Shown here: positions 1 through 10,948 of the stretch, piece by piece
Numbering within the stretch: position 1 is the stretch's first letter
How the letters are laid out: every line of letters begins with the position of its first letter
Source: Chiloscyllium plagiosum
Lineage: Eukaryota
Reading direction: 5' to 3'
Assembly (NCBI RefSeq): GCF_004010195.1
Contig: NC_057718.1
Span: 31,457,479 to 31,521,478 of the forward strand
DNA: 64,000 nucleotides
Made by a program: the position numbers and the translations under genes
Notes under the pieces: model-generated
What the model saw: only the letters and a program-made list of their open reading frames with translations
Told to the model about the DNA's origin: nothing
Database searches by the model: none

Positions 1-205
1 TACTCTATGCTACTTTCTCCCCACCCCCACCCTCCTCTAGCTTATCTCTTCACGCTTCAGGCTCTCTGCCTTTATTCCTGATGAAGGGCTTTTGCCCGAA
101 ACGTCGATTTCGCTGCTCCTTGGATGCTGCCTGAACTGCTGTGCTCTTCCAGCACCACTAATCCAGAAAATGGTTTCCAGCATCTGCAGTCATTGTTTTT
201 ACCTA
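1..205 (+). mobile_element. Penelope-like element terminal fragment with minimal hammerhead ribozyme core
   Basis: CTGATGA(78-84)-A-GGGC/tttt/GCCC-GAAA(98-101)-CGTC. Followed by the 'gatgctgcctg...ctgctgtg...tccagca...gcatctgcagt' tail that recurs at other copies in the window. Confidence 0.75.
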
Positions 206-389
206 ACTATGTGCAGTCCACATTCTTGCCCCAAGCATATTATGCAAGCTAATGAATAAAAAGTGAAGATATATTTTCAAGTATGAAAACTTATTTAAAA
301 TAATGTTGCATCCATGCTACCTACACGTCCTCAGAAGTTCCTTGTCTTTCTTACCTTCCCATTTTGTCTCCCGGCTGCCTTGTCCTGTT

Positions 390-790
390 TGGTGTCAAGC
401 TTCTTGAGTGTTTTTGGAGCTGCAACCATTCAGGCAAGTGGGCAGCATTTCATCACACTCTTGACTTATATCTTGTAGATGGTGGACAAGCTTTGAGGAG
501 TCAGGAGGTGAGTTACTCACCACAGTATTCCTAACCACTGACCTGCTCTTGCAGCCATTATATTTATATGCCAAATGTCTTGTCAATGGTAACCCCAAGG
601 ATGTTGGTAGTGGGGGATCCAGTGATGGTAGTGCCTTGAATGTCAAGAGGCAGTGGTTAGATTGTCTTTTAGTCATTTGTGTCATTTGTGTGGCAATGAA
701 TGTAACTCACCACTTATCAGCCCAAATATGGATATTGTCTAGATCTTGTTGCATTTGAACATTGATTACTTCTGTATCTGAGAGCTCATG
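390..790 (-). mobile_element. CR1-clade LINE RT fragment, degraded
   Basis: Minus-strand ORF remnants (…HHLQDISQECDEMLPTCLNGCSSKNTQEA) resemble frameshifted CR1-clade RT C-terminal sequence. Probably the same older family as 10790-14040. Confidence 0.55.
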
Positions 791-799
791 GATGCGCAG

Positions 800-1650
800 T
801 ACTGATCTTTGCCTGCCAGGGCCAAGACCCTGTCCTCATGGGGGTGAGGAGATGAACAGCTGAAATCTATCAAGCGAGCTGGCTCTTTCAGAACTGTTAT
901 AGGTTGTTACCTCCTGCAATGAGACAGTGGGAGGAATTGAGTAGGGTAGAAATGGCTGGCACAGCTGTTAATGCTAGTGCAAGTCGGGGAAGGTGGAAAG
1001 ATTCCCCAAGAGTGTGAGTAGGCAGTGCAGAGAGCATGCAGGATTAGTAATGTGGGGGGTTTAGGGGTGAGAGTAAGTGAGAGAAGATGTTAAATGCAAA
1101 AATGCGACTGGCAGAGCATTTTCCTTGGTGGGAGGTGGATGCAATATGAAAGATAAAGTATGAGATAGCAGATGGTGGCACTTACACTGGTGGAGTGGAT
1201 AAGATCATTGACTGCCTTCCTACGCTGATGGGCATTTCTCTGCACCATGGAGACTGCACTGACCCAGGTGGCAACCTCAGACCAGACGGACAGGATCTGG
1301 CTCACACTGCCAATCTATGGGAAGGGGGCATCCCTCCTCTATACTCGGCCCCATCCAACAGGCCTAGAGATGCCTGCCTACAAAGAGGAACATTAATTTC
1401 CGTTTGTCTGCCATGAACAAATGCAGACCATCCCTTGGCCAGCTGCACAACAGCCTTTTAAATATGGTGACACCGCCAGTGAATCTCAGCAATGGCAAAT
1501 ACTTCTGTCTACAGAGAATGGGAGAATTGGGCTTTTAAAAGAAATGCCATAGAGAGGTGGCAGCTAGTTGATGAAGTAAGAGTGGAGTGATTGTGTGAGA
1601 AAACTCATTCGGTCTCGCTGAAACTGACACTTCTGATGAGATTCAGCCCA
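800..1650 (-). mobile_element. PIF/Harbinger relic: Myb/SANT-like (NAIF1-like) gene remnant and terminus
   Basis: Minus-strand WSEVATWVSAVSMVQRNAHQRRKAVNDL resembles the Myb_DNA-bind_5 motif. It ends at a GTAAGT donor (1180-1185). The terminal AGATTCAGCCCA (1639-1650) is shared with 17384-17395. Confidence 0.65.
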
Positions 1651-2000
1651 GAGCATTTTGACAGAATTTTGAAATGATTAATGACTGAGCAGGGCACATA
1701 GCCCAGATTTTCCAACGTGTATTATTTTAAATGGATTTCCACCAGCAGTAAAATACAATGTTGATCAGAAAAATATTTTCATTCTCAAGTATTTCTTTTG
1801 CTTAATGCCACGGCCCAATTATTCAAAGAAAAGTTAATTACAACAAGATAAGTCACATTCTGAAAGTTCTTAACAAAATAAGATACTTTTAACCATAAAA
1901 GAAATGGATGTCAGTTGCCAACGATAATATAAGAGGTTGGGAATGAAAGAAGAATATGACATTATTTGAAATCATTGCAAAATTATTCATGATCTACCAA

Positions 2001-2215
2001 TGATTTGGAGATCCCAGTGTTGGACTGGGGTGTACAAAGTTAAAAATCACACAACACCAGGTTATAGTCCAACAGGTTTAATTGGAAGCACACTAGCTTT
2101 CGGAGCGACGCTCTTTCATCAGGTGATAGTCTGATGAAGGAGCGTCGCTCCAAAAGCTAGTGTGCTTCCAATTAAACCAGTTGGACTATAACCTGGTGTT
2201 GTGTGATTTTTAACA
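2001..2215. mobile_element. Penelope-like fold-back element with inverted hammerhead-bearing arms
   Basis: ~84-bp inverted repeat (2039-2122 / 2131-2214) around an 8-nt spacer, with a CTGATGA…(G/A)AAA core in each arm. Flanked by ATGATCTACCAA (1989-2000) and ATGATCTATCAA (2216-2227). Confidence 0.8.
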
Positions 2216-3221
2216 ATGATCTATCAAAGCAGCTTAATTCACCTTCAATTTTTAAGAGGGAAGCAAAAGGTAGGATAGGAGCAACAAAACTGAACTTTAA
2301 AAAGGAAGGGTTCATAACATTGGATGATTTCAGAGATTACATTTTCGCACAATAGTTATATTAAGAGCTTATGAGTACTGATGCATTTGATAACGGAGAT
2401 TATCACCTGCAAAGCAGCTGTATGATTTCACAAGTCCTACAGTTTCCAAAAAAAATGTCTGTTGGCTGCATTTTTGTTATAATATAGAGAAAGTCTGGAG
2501 AACTGAAGGGTGACCACTTACATTTATTTTTACTAATCAATAAGAAGGTAATTTACAAACTGCCAAACCACCATGATTTTGTTTCAATACTCATAAAAAA
2601 AACAGAATCTACAATTTTACAGTGAGACTGCAGGTTTTGGCTTACTGTCTGAACATATATTAAAGATTATTTCCAATAAACTCAGGCCAGTCACATTGCA
2701 CAGTTTCTATCAATAGCAAGCAGTTTCAGTTTCCCATTGACACATTCCCTGGCTTTACATTGGTCATAGGGTCATCTGAAGTAAGCAGTTACATGGATTT
2801 CCATTCTCCGTCATCAGAGAGTAACAAATATCCAGCAGTATGATGTTGATCTACAAAGACCCACATAAATCCAAGCAGGTGCCAATCGTAAACTATGCCT
2901 GTAATATAACAAAATCATTAGGGACCAATTTTCAGAGTATCAGTAACTTTGTGAGGGTATTTGTAGAAATTACTTCCTTATGTAAATAATCCAATGTTGT
3001 GTTCTCAAGGTTTGAAGGAACCTGAGTTTTTAAAGAGGGAGGGTGTCAGAGGCAGAGACTGAGAGTTATCGGGTATTTTCAGAAATTTTACACTCATTGC
3101 TCTCTGTGCCATAACTGTTTCTTCAAACAACTTCTAATCTTCAAACAGCAATTTTAAAAATATATATTTACAGCTTTGAACCATTTAACTCAATTTTGTT
3201 TCTTGCCCCTATGTCATTTTC

Positions 3222-3322
3222 TGTTTTCTCTGCACAGAAACTGCCAGACGTGCTGAGTTTCTCAATCAATTTCTGTTTTTTGTTTTGGATTTGCAACATC
3301 TGCAGTTTTTTGTTTTATTTTA
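3222..3322 (+). repeat. Penelope-like terminal fragment (tail only)
   Basis: cacagaaactgccagacgtgctgagtttctc…gcaacatctgcagttttttg matches the tails at 37110-37165 and 1-205. Confidence 0.6.
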
Positions 3323-3699
3323 ACATAGTTATGGTACCCCACTTCAATCCCTTTGCTGTTTTGCTCAACAGTAGCTAATCTGCATACACCAAAGATTGAA
3401 TGTGACACTGAAATTGCACAGTTCACTGGTGGAGCCTGGACAAATAGGTAATTGAGTGAAGTTGCCTCATTGCCTTGTAAGTGGCAAAACTTCTGTTCAC
3501 CCTCAGCCTCAGGGCAAGACTGAGTCCAGGGTGGGTGAATCTCTAAGCTTTGAGGAGCTGTTCCATGTGACAAGCCAGCTATCCTATTTAGGATGCAAAT
3601 TTGGCTGGTTTCCAATGGAGGCCAATAAAAATAGGCAAAACAAGAACTTGCTTCTTACATTACTGCCCATCATACCATGTCTGGGCACAATTCAATACG

Positions 3700-6400
3700 T
3701 TGGCAAGAAATTACACGTGAAAGCTAAGATAAACACAAAGTCACCAGACACAACAGTGGCTTGGTGTAATTTCTGCATTCTATTTAATCCTTAAAACAAC
3801 AGTGGACCTGAATGCCATCCAGCTCATGTAGCCAGGAACTTTAGGCAGCTTGGTTTTAGCTGCCCATAGTGAGACAAGGTTAGCAGGACAAGGCTGGCTT
3901 GAGGAACTAGGAACAGGACACATTTTTGGAGCAATTTTTCTCCGACAGAACACAGGGAGGTTGGTTTTGTCGTCACAACAGAGATTGCAAAGGATCTGGA
4001 AAACCTTTCCAAAAGCATCGAAGAACACCTAATATGCCTATGTCTCCTCCAATTCATATGTGTATATGTTCCCAAAATGACAATAATGATGAGGCCAAGT
4101 AAAGGTTTATTATGATCTGGATCATCTCCTACAATCAATTCCTAAAGTTGACAACGTTATCCTTATGAGTGATTTCGATGCCAGAAGTGGCTTGCCGGTA
4201 TCTTCAGTCAACAAGGAGTTGAAAAGACAGACGCATATGGAGCTCCCTTAATCCATTGTGTGTCAAGCATGTCCTCGCCATAAACAGTACCATGTTCCAC
4301 CTGTCAGCAACCACATAAGCACTCACATCACCTTGACTATGTGTTTGTCAGACAAGGGAAAAAAATGACATCAAGATAACCTATGTTATTTGAGGAGCTG
4401 TCTGTCAGACAAGCTATCGTTTGGTTCACACTGAAATGAAGCTGAGAACAAGCAAAAATATCAGATAAAAGTTTGTTGGGCACAGCCAAACTTTGATGTC
4501 AAAATCCTCAGTAATTGACTATTACTTTCGGCCTTGCTACACAACTTGACACTACTCTACATTGATACTCCTTTCCCAAGTGGCATAGAAGATGAATGGA
4601 AACAGTTCTGTGATCAGATCTTTGAGAGTTTAGCAGATGTTCTGAGAAACTAAAGGATTAGATTCCATACAGTATAGAAACAGGCCCTTCAGCCCAACAA
4701 GTCCACACTGACCTAGACCTATTCTCCAGCTTTACCCCTGACTAATGCACTGAACACTATGGACAATTTAGCATGGCTAATTCATCTAGCCTGCACATCT
4801 TTAGATTGTGGGAGGAAACCCACACAGACACGGAAAATATGCAAATTCCACACAGTCAGTTGCCCAAGACTGGAATTGAACCCAGGTCCCTGGCACTGTG
4901 AAGCAGCAGCGCTAGCCACTGAGCCACCATATTTGTTAGATCAGGATGAAGTAAATATTTTCCATCTTCACTAAAGAGCACAAGCAAATGTGCTAGCAGC
5001 CCTACAATCAACAATCAAGCATTCAGCCATTAAAAATGCTAAAAACAATCCCTAGTGCACTTTGAGAGAAATGTAGAATGATTGATGGGACATAAAAGCT
5101 AATGAGCTGCAACATGAGAGGCATAATTCGTGTTTTTACAATCTGCTGAAGACTGATTATGGCCCTCCCTGCAGAACCTTTGCTCCTATCCTAACAGCTC
5201 ATGGAATCAAACTAATCAGAGATAAACAGCTTTAAAGGAAAGGTGGTGTGAGCACTTGACAGGGCTTCCCAACAGAAACTCCCACAACTCAGCAGATTCT
5301 CTATATCAGATCGAATAGTTGCTTGAGAAAGAAAGCCTGCCTCTTTCTCCTTTTCCCGAAGAGGTCATAACAGCAAACAAATCAAACAAGTCAAAGTCCC
5401 TGGCCAAGCAGCATTTGATCAGAGACTTGAAAGGGTAATAACTCAGTATGTTCACAAACTGACAGCCACCTTCAACAGGATTTAGCTTCAGGAAATAGTT
5501 CCACAGGATCTCAAGAATGAAAAACGGTAAGCATCTGGAGCCAAAATGGATTCAGCCGTTGAAGAATAAGTCTTCTCTCAAGCCAAAGAAATATCCTCGC
5601 ACAGGTCCTACTAAACCATCTACTAGACAATCTCATAAATGGCATCCTGCTGGAATCTTAACGCAATTTTAAGGTTAAACATGGGACGGCCGATGTGACG
5701 TAAACAATTCGAAGGAAAGCAAAATTGGGATCTACATCTACTGCTCATTGACCTAACTCTTTGACATGGTGTTTGACATGGTGTTTGGCACTGGCTGTCT
5801 AAACCAGTATGTCAAAGTTCTGGGTCTAATGTATGACAACATGGTTGGGCGTGTTTGACCCTGTGATGTGATATTTGATGCTTTGCTGTCATCAGAGATA
5901 TGCATCATGGCTCCTCATCACTTTGATCTCTTTACTGCAATGTTTAAGGAAGCAATTAGAGACAGGCCTGAAAGCATCTATGTAAGGCTGCGTTCAGGGA
6001 AGCCATTAGTTCTCTCCAGGCTGCTTGCCTCCACCAAGGTCACAGCGACAGTAATCAGACAGTTTTTGCATGCAAATAACTTAGCCTTCACTACCCATAA
6101 CAAGGAAGGCATCTAGACTATGGCAAACAAATCCTCGAGAGCTGCCAAAATCTATGGTCTCCAAGTCAGTGGCTCCAGAGATGTGTTATGTTTCAGTTAG
6201 CATCAGGCACACATCATAAAGCACAGGCTTAACCTTGATAACATTACATCTCATGACTTTAGGAAGACTCTTATATATGGGTAGTGTGATCTCAAGGCAT
6301 ACCACTACTGGTGAAGATATCAGCACATGTCTTTGGAAGTTAACATTTGGTTATGGCTGATATCATGATCGTGAAAAGCTTCATAAACAAACAGGAAGTC
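3700..6400 (+). mobile_element. RTE-clade LINE, degraded (AP endonuclease and RT remnants), interrupted by an HE1 SINE
   Basis: AAHSETRLAGQGWLEELGTGHIF resembles the RTE endonuclease motif ALSETRLAGEGQLEEVGAGYTF. IYVRLRSGKPLVLSRLLASTKVTATVIRQFLHANNLA resembles RTE RT 'RLKAKTKV…IRELLFADDCA'. Many stops and frameshifts. Confidence 0.8.
4655..4930 (-). mobile_element. HE1-type V-SINE (elasmobranch)
   Basis: Reverse complement of GTGGCTCAGTGG…GGGTTCAATTCC (tRNA-like A/B boxes), V-domain 'GATGTGCAGGCTAG…GCCATGCTAAATTG', and a CR1-like tail. Confidence 0.85.
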
Positions 6401-6589
6401 AAGGTGGGATGTCGGGGGAAGGGCATTATTTAATTTTAGAGGAAAAGAGGGTTAGAAGACTCACTGGGGAGAGACGCATTCACACCACAGAAGATCTTGC
6501 TGCATCCTTTATTCCAACACAAAACCCAGTTAGACAACGCTCATATTAACGGCATGTTCAGAGCACCACAGCTTAAGAAGGACATATTG

Positions 6590-7070
6590 ACCTCAGAGTG
6601 AATGCATTGTAGATTTACTAGAATGATACTTGGATTCCAAGGGTTAATTATAAGACAAAATTACACAACATAGGATTGTGTTCCCCAAAATTTGGAAGGT
6701 CAAGGGCTAATTTGATAAAAGTTTTCTGGATATTAGAGGGAACTGATAAGATAGATCGTGAAAACCATTGCTGCTGGTTGGGGAACCTCGGGTAATGGTG
6801 CATAATGTAAAAATAAGAGTCAGACCTTTCAGAAGTGATGTTAGGATACACCTCTAAATGCTACTGCTGGTAGACATTTGGATCTTTCTGCAGTAAATAG
6901 CAGACCATTTGTTAATTTGAAATCAGAAATTGATAGATTTATGGAACAAAATGTACTAGGGGATGTAGAGCAAAGTATGGTATATGAAGTTAGCTGACAG
7001 ATCAACCATAATTTAATTGAATAGTGAAACATGCTTAAAAGGCAAAATAGCTACTCTAATTCCAAAGTTA
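6590..7070 (+). mobile_element. CR1 LINE 3' fragment, old
   Basis: agatttactagaatgata…gatagatt…cagatcaaccataatttaattgaat follows the CR1 RT C-terminus and 3' UTR pattern. Confidence 0.65.
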
Positions 7071-8609
7071 TTGTGCTTTAACACTCCTTTCTTAATTGCA
7101 CAAGAAAATCAGTTTGGATAACCTCCCAAAAACACAGGATGCTTTCCACAATCAGTTATTCTGCAAAGAGAACGTTAACTCACACAATGATGAGTCAACT
7201 CTAATTTTTACTTGCATATATTGCATTGTTATTCTGTCACTCTGTTTAGACCAAAGATACAATTCCCAAAGTGATGGCTCTCCATCTATCTGTGCCTTAT
7301 GAGAAAATCTGAATAACCTCATTCTTTGAAACACACACTTTCTTTGAAGACTTGAAAACTCTTCTTTCTCTTCCCCTTTTTCTGAATTCATAAGCATGAA
7401 AATATACAAACAAACAATTACAATATTTAAGCGAATGGACACTGCCATGTTATGTTGCAGAAAAGCAATTACAATTTGCTATAAGTTGGAAAGACATGGA
7501 AAAGTGTTAAAGTTAGATTATGAGAAATTGTTGTTATTGAAAATGTAAGATGAACTTCAACTATTGTGTAATCTTTCAGCCACCAGTATATTCAATATAG
7601 ACGAACATTATATGACACCTAAATAATCTACTGTCACTTGCCAGTAATGAGATCAGGTTTCTTGTAAATACTGAGGCCATTTCATAATCATGTTGCGAAT
7701 AAGTATGATAGATGGGTAGATACTGTTGTCGATGCACTTTGTTTTTAGAGTAAGCGATAGGGTGATAACACTAGTTAGTCAGTCATCCAATTAGAGACAA
7801 TTTTCCAACTCCAGCTGTTGGAACAAAGATTTGCCTGCTACCAGAAATTCAATGGCACACTACATACAATTTTCCATCCATTAATGTTAATAGTCAGAAA
7901 ATCACATGCAGCATATTCCAAATCTGTGACAAGACTCCCTACCAGTAGGATGAAGACAAAACAAATCCCTAATACCTTTATGTTTTGTTCATGACCGCAC
8001 ACTTTTGACTGGACATTATTAATTACATTAGCACAAATATATTCAAGCACAATTTGGAAAAATAATGTGGAATATGTAGAATAAAATGCTTGAAGGTTTA
8101 GTTTACAGTATTATTGCATTAAAGGAATTGTGCACTTATAAAATGTACTAAATGTCATTTAACTGAGTAATTTATGATTTGTATAATGCTTTTATAGTAA
8201 TGTGTTCCTTTTACTAGAATCCTGTCGACATTACTAAATCAGATCTGCTTTTACAGGCAGAAAATCTGTCATTACCATTTCAAATAATTTAATCAGAATT
8301 TCTATTTTTGGGTTTTCCAATACTCTTGGTAATTTGCTGCAGATATCATAAAAATATAATTTCTAAAATTTTAGCGCCAAGCTTTAGGCATTTTACGAGG
8401 TTGTCTTCACTTCTATACAGAACTCAGATCCAAACAAGATTTCAACCGACATCGGAATAAGTAAGGTAAGACATGAATAGTATGAACATTCCCATCGGAG
8501 CAAGTTGAGATGGCCGTGGGAATATGGTTTAAAAGGTTTAAGTGGAGAAACCAACTAATATTTGATGATAAGAACTACACCATAATGGTACTTGGTGTGG
8601 GACAAAATA

Positions 8610-10787
8610 AAAACATAGAACAAAGAACAGTACAGCATAGTACAGGCCTTCTGCTCTTGACCTTTTATCCTATTCTAAGGTCAAACTAACCTACATATCC
8701 TACATTTTACTAACATCCATGTACCTATCCAAGTGTTGCTTAAATGTCCCTAATGTATTTGACTCATTCCATGCACCCACCATTCTCTGTGTAAAGAACC
8801 TACCTCTGACACCTCCCCAAAACCTTCCTCCAATCAGCTTAAAATTATACCCACTCGTGATAGCCATTTCTACCTGGGGAAAATGTCTCTGGTTATCCAC
8901 TCTATCTATGCCTCTCATCATTTTGTACCCCTCTATCAAGTCAACGCTCATCCTTCTTCACTTCAATGAGAAAAACCTTAGCTCCCTCAACCTTTCTTCA
9001 TAAAACATGCCCTCCAGTCCAGGCAGCATCCTGGCAAATCTCTTCTGCACCCTATCTCAAGTTTTGACATCCTTCCTATAATGAGGCAACCAGAACTGAA
9101 CACAATATTCCAAGTGTGGTCTAACAAGGGTCTATAAAGATGCAACATATTCTTGTGGCTCTTAAACTCAATCCCCCTGCTAATGAAAGCCAATGCACAA
9201 TACGCCTTCTTAATAACCCTATCAACTTGGGCGACAACTTTGAGGGATCTATGGACATCGACCCCAAGATCCCTCTTTTCCTCCACATTGCCAAGAATTC
9301 TGCCTTTAACCCCATAATTTGCATTCAAATTCAACCTTCCAAAATGAATCACTTCACACTTTTCCAGGTTGAACTCGATCTGTCACTTCTCAATCCAACT
9401 CTACATCTTGCCAATGTCCTGTTGCAACCTACAACTATCCACAACTCCACCAACCTTGGTGTCATTGGCAAAATTGCTAACCCACCCTTCCACTTCCTCA
9501 TCCAAGTCATTTATAAAAATCACATGCAGAAGTCCCAGAAAAGATCCGTGCAGAACACCACTGGTCACTGAGCTCCAGGCTGAATACTTTCCATTTATTA
9601 CCATCTTTGTCTTCTATGGGCCAGCCAATTCTGTATCCGGACAGCCAAGTTTCCCTGTATTCATGCCTCCTTACTTTCTGAATGAGCCTACCATGGGGAA
9701 CCTTATCAAATGCCTTGCTAAAATCATTACCCACTGCTCTACCTTTGTCAATGTGTTTTGCCACATCCTCAAAGAATTCAATAAGGCTTGTGAGGCATGA
9801 CCTGTCCCTCACAAAGCCATGCTGACCAGCTCTAATCAAGCTATGCTTTTCCAAATAATTATAAATCCTTCTCTCAGAATCATCTCCAACAATTTGCCCA
9901 CCACTAACGTTAGACTGACCGATCTGTAATTCCCAAGGTTATCCATTTTCCCTTTCTTGAACAAGGGAATTACATTTGCCACCCTCCAATCATCCAGTAC
10001 TACTCTAGTGGACAGTGAGGGCGCAAAGATCATACCAAAGGCCCAGCAATCTCTTCTCTTACTTCCTGTAGTAACCTTGGCCCATGGGACTTATCATAGA
10101 ATCATCGAACTTCTACAGTGCATAAACAGGCCATTTGGCCCAACAATCCACATCGACTAACCGAAACTAACCCACCCAGACCTATTCCCCTACCCTATTA
10201 CTCTACATTTACCCATAACTAATGCACCTAGCCTACACATCCCTGAACACAACTATGGGCAATTTAGCACGGCCAATTCACCTAACCTGCACATCTTTGG
10301 ATTGTGAGAGGACACCAGAGCACCCAGAGGAAACCCACGCAGACAGGGGGAGAATGTGCAAACTCCACACCAACAATCGCCTGAGGCTGGAATCGAACTC
10401 GGGTCCCTGGTGCTCTGAGGCAGCAGTGCTGATCACTGAGCCACTGTGCCACCCTATTTATCCTCGTGTTTTTCAAAATTTCCAGCATATCCTCCTTCTT
10501 AACATCAACTATTCAGGCATATCAGCCTGTTTCACGCTGTCCTCGCAAATGACAAGGTCCCTCTCAGTCGTGAATACTGAAGCGAAGTATTCATTAAGGA
10601 CCTCCCCTACCTCCCCTGACTCCAGGCACAAGTTCCCTCCTACCCTCACTCAGGCCATCCTCTTGCTCCTCACATAAGTGTATAACACCTTGGAGTTTCC
10701 CTTAATCCTACCTGCAAGGATTTTCATGCCCTCTTTTAGCTCTCCTAAGCCCATTCTTCAGTTCCTTCCTGGCGACCTTGTAGCCCT
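8610..10787 (-). mobile_element. HER1/CR1 LINE, 5'-truncated, with HE1 insertion
   Basis: Minus ORFs with QHGFVRDRSCLTSLIEFFE, DFSKAFDKVPHGRL, VSNFANDTKVGG, NVIPLFKKG…NYRSVSLT. Tail of agaac repeats at 8610-8630. Confidence 0.9.
10094..10454 (-). mobile_element. HE1-type V-SINE, full length, nested in CR1
   Basis: Reverse complement reads GGGTGGCACAGTGGCTCAGTG…CCCGAGTTCGATTCC…V-domain…(ATTCTATG) tail. Confidence 0.9.
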
Positions 10788-10948
10788 TGTGAAACAATTG
10801 AATTGTCCATTTCAAGAAGAGACCAGGATGGATCATAAATTTTTCACTTCAGACTGAAAATATTTGGTAAAGCTGTAGTTTTGTCTTTTACACTGACATG
10901 TTAGGCTCTCCTGTCATTTCAAATAGGAACCTCTTCCTCCAGTTAGTT

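Noticed and set aside
1632..1650. CTGATGAG as another hammerhead core
   Set aside because: No helix II followed by GAAA; it is part of the Harbinger terminus.
2001..2215. Palindrome as a miRNA gene or DNA-transposon MITE
   Set aside because: It has an asymmetric 5' extension, hammerhead cores and related one-armed copies in the window, which fits Penelope-like inverted ends better.
5759..5786. 12-bp tandem duplication TTTGACATGGTG x2
   Set aside because: Simple slippage inside the decayed RTE element.
7152..7448. 98-aa - strand ORF with a signal-peptide-like N-terminus (MAVSIRLNIVIVCLYIFML…)
   Set aside because: AT-rich sequence readily gives hydrophobic stretches; no recognisable homology, only a weak donor (GTAAAA) and no promoter evidence.
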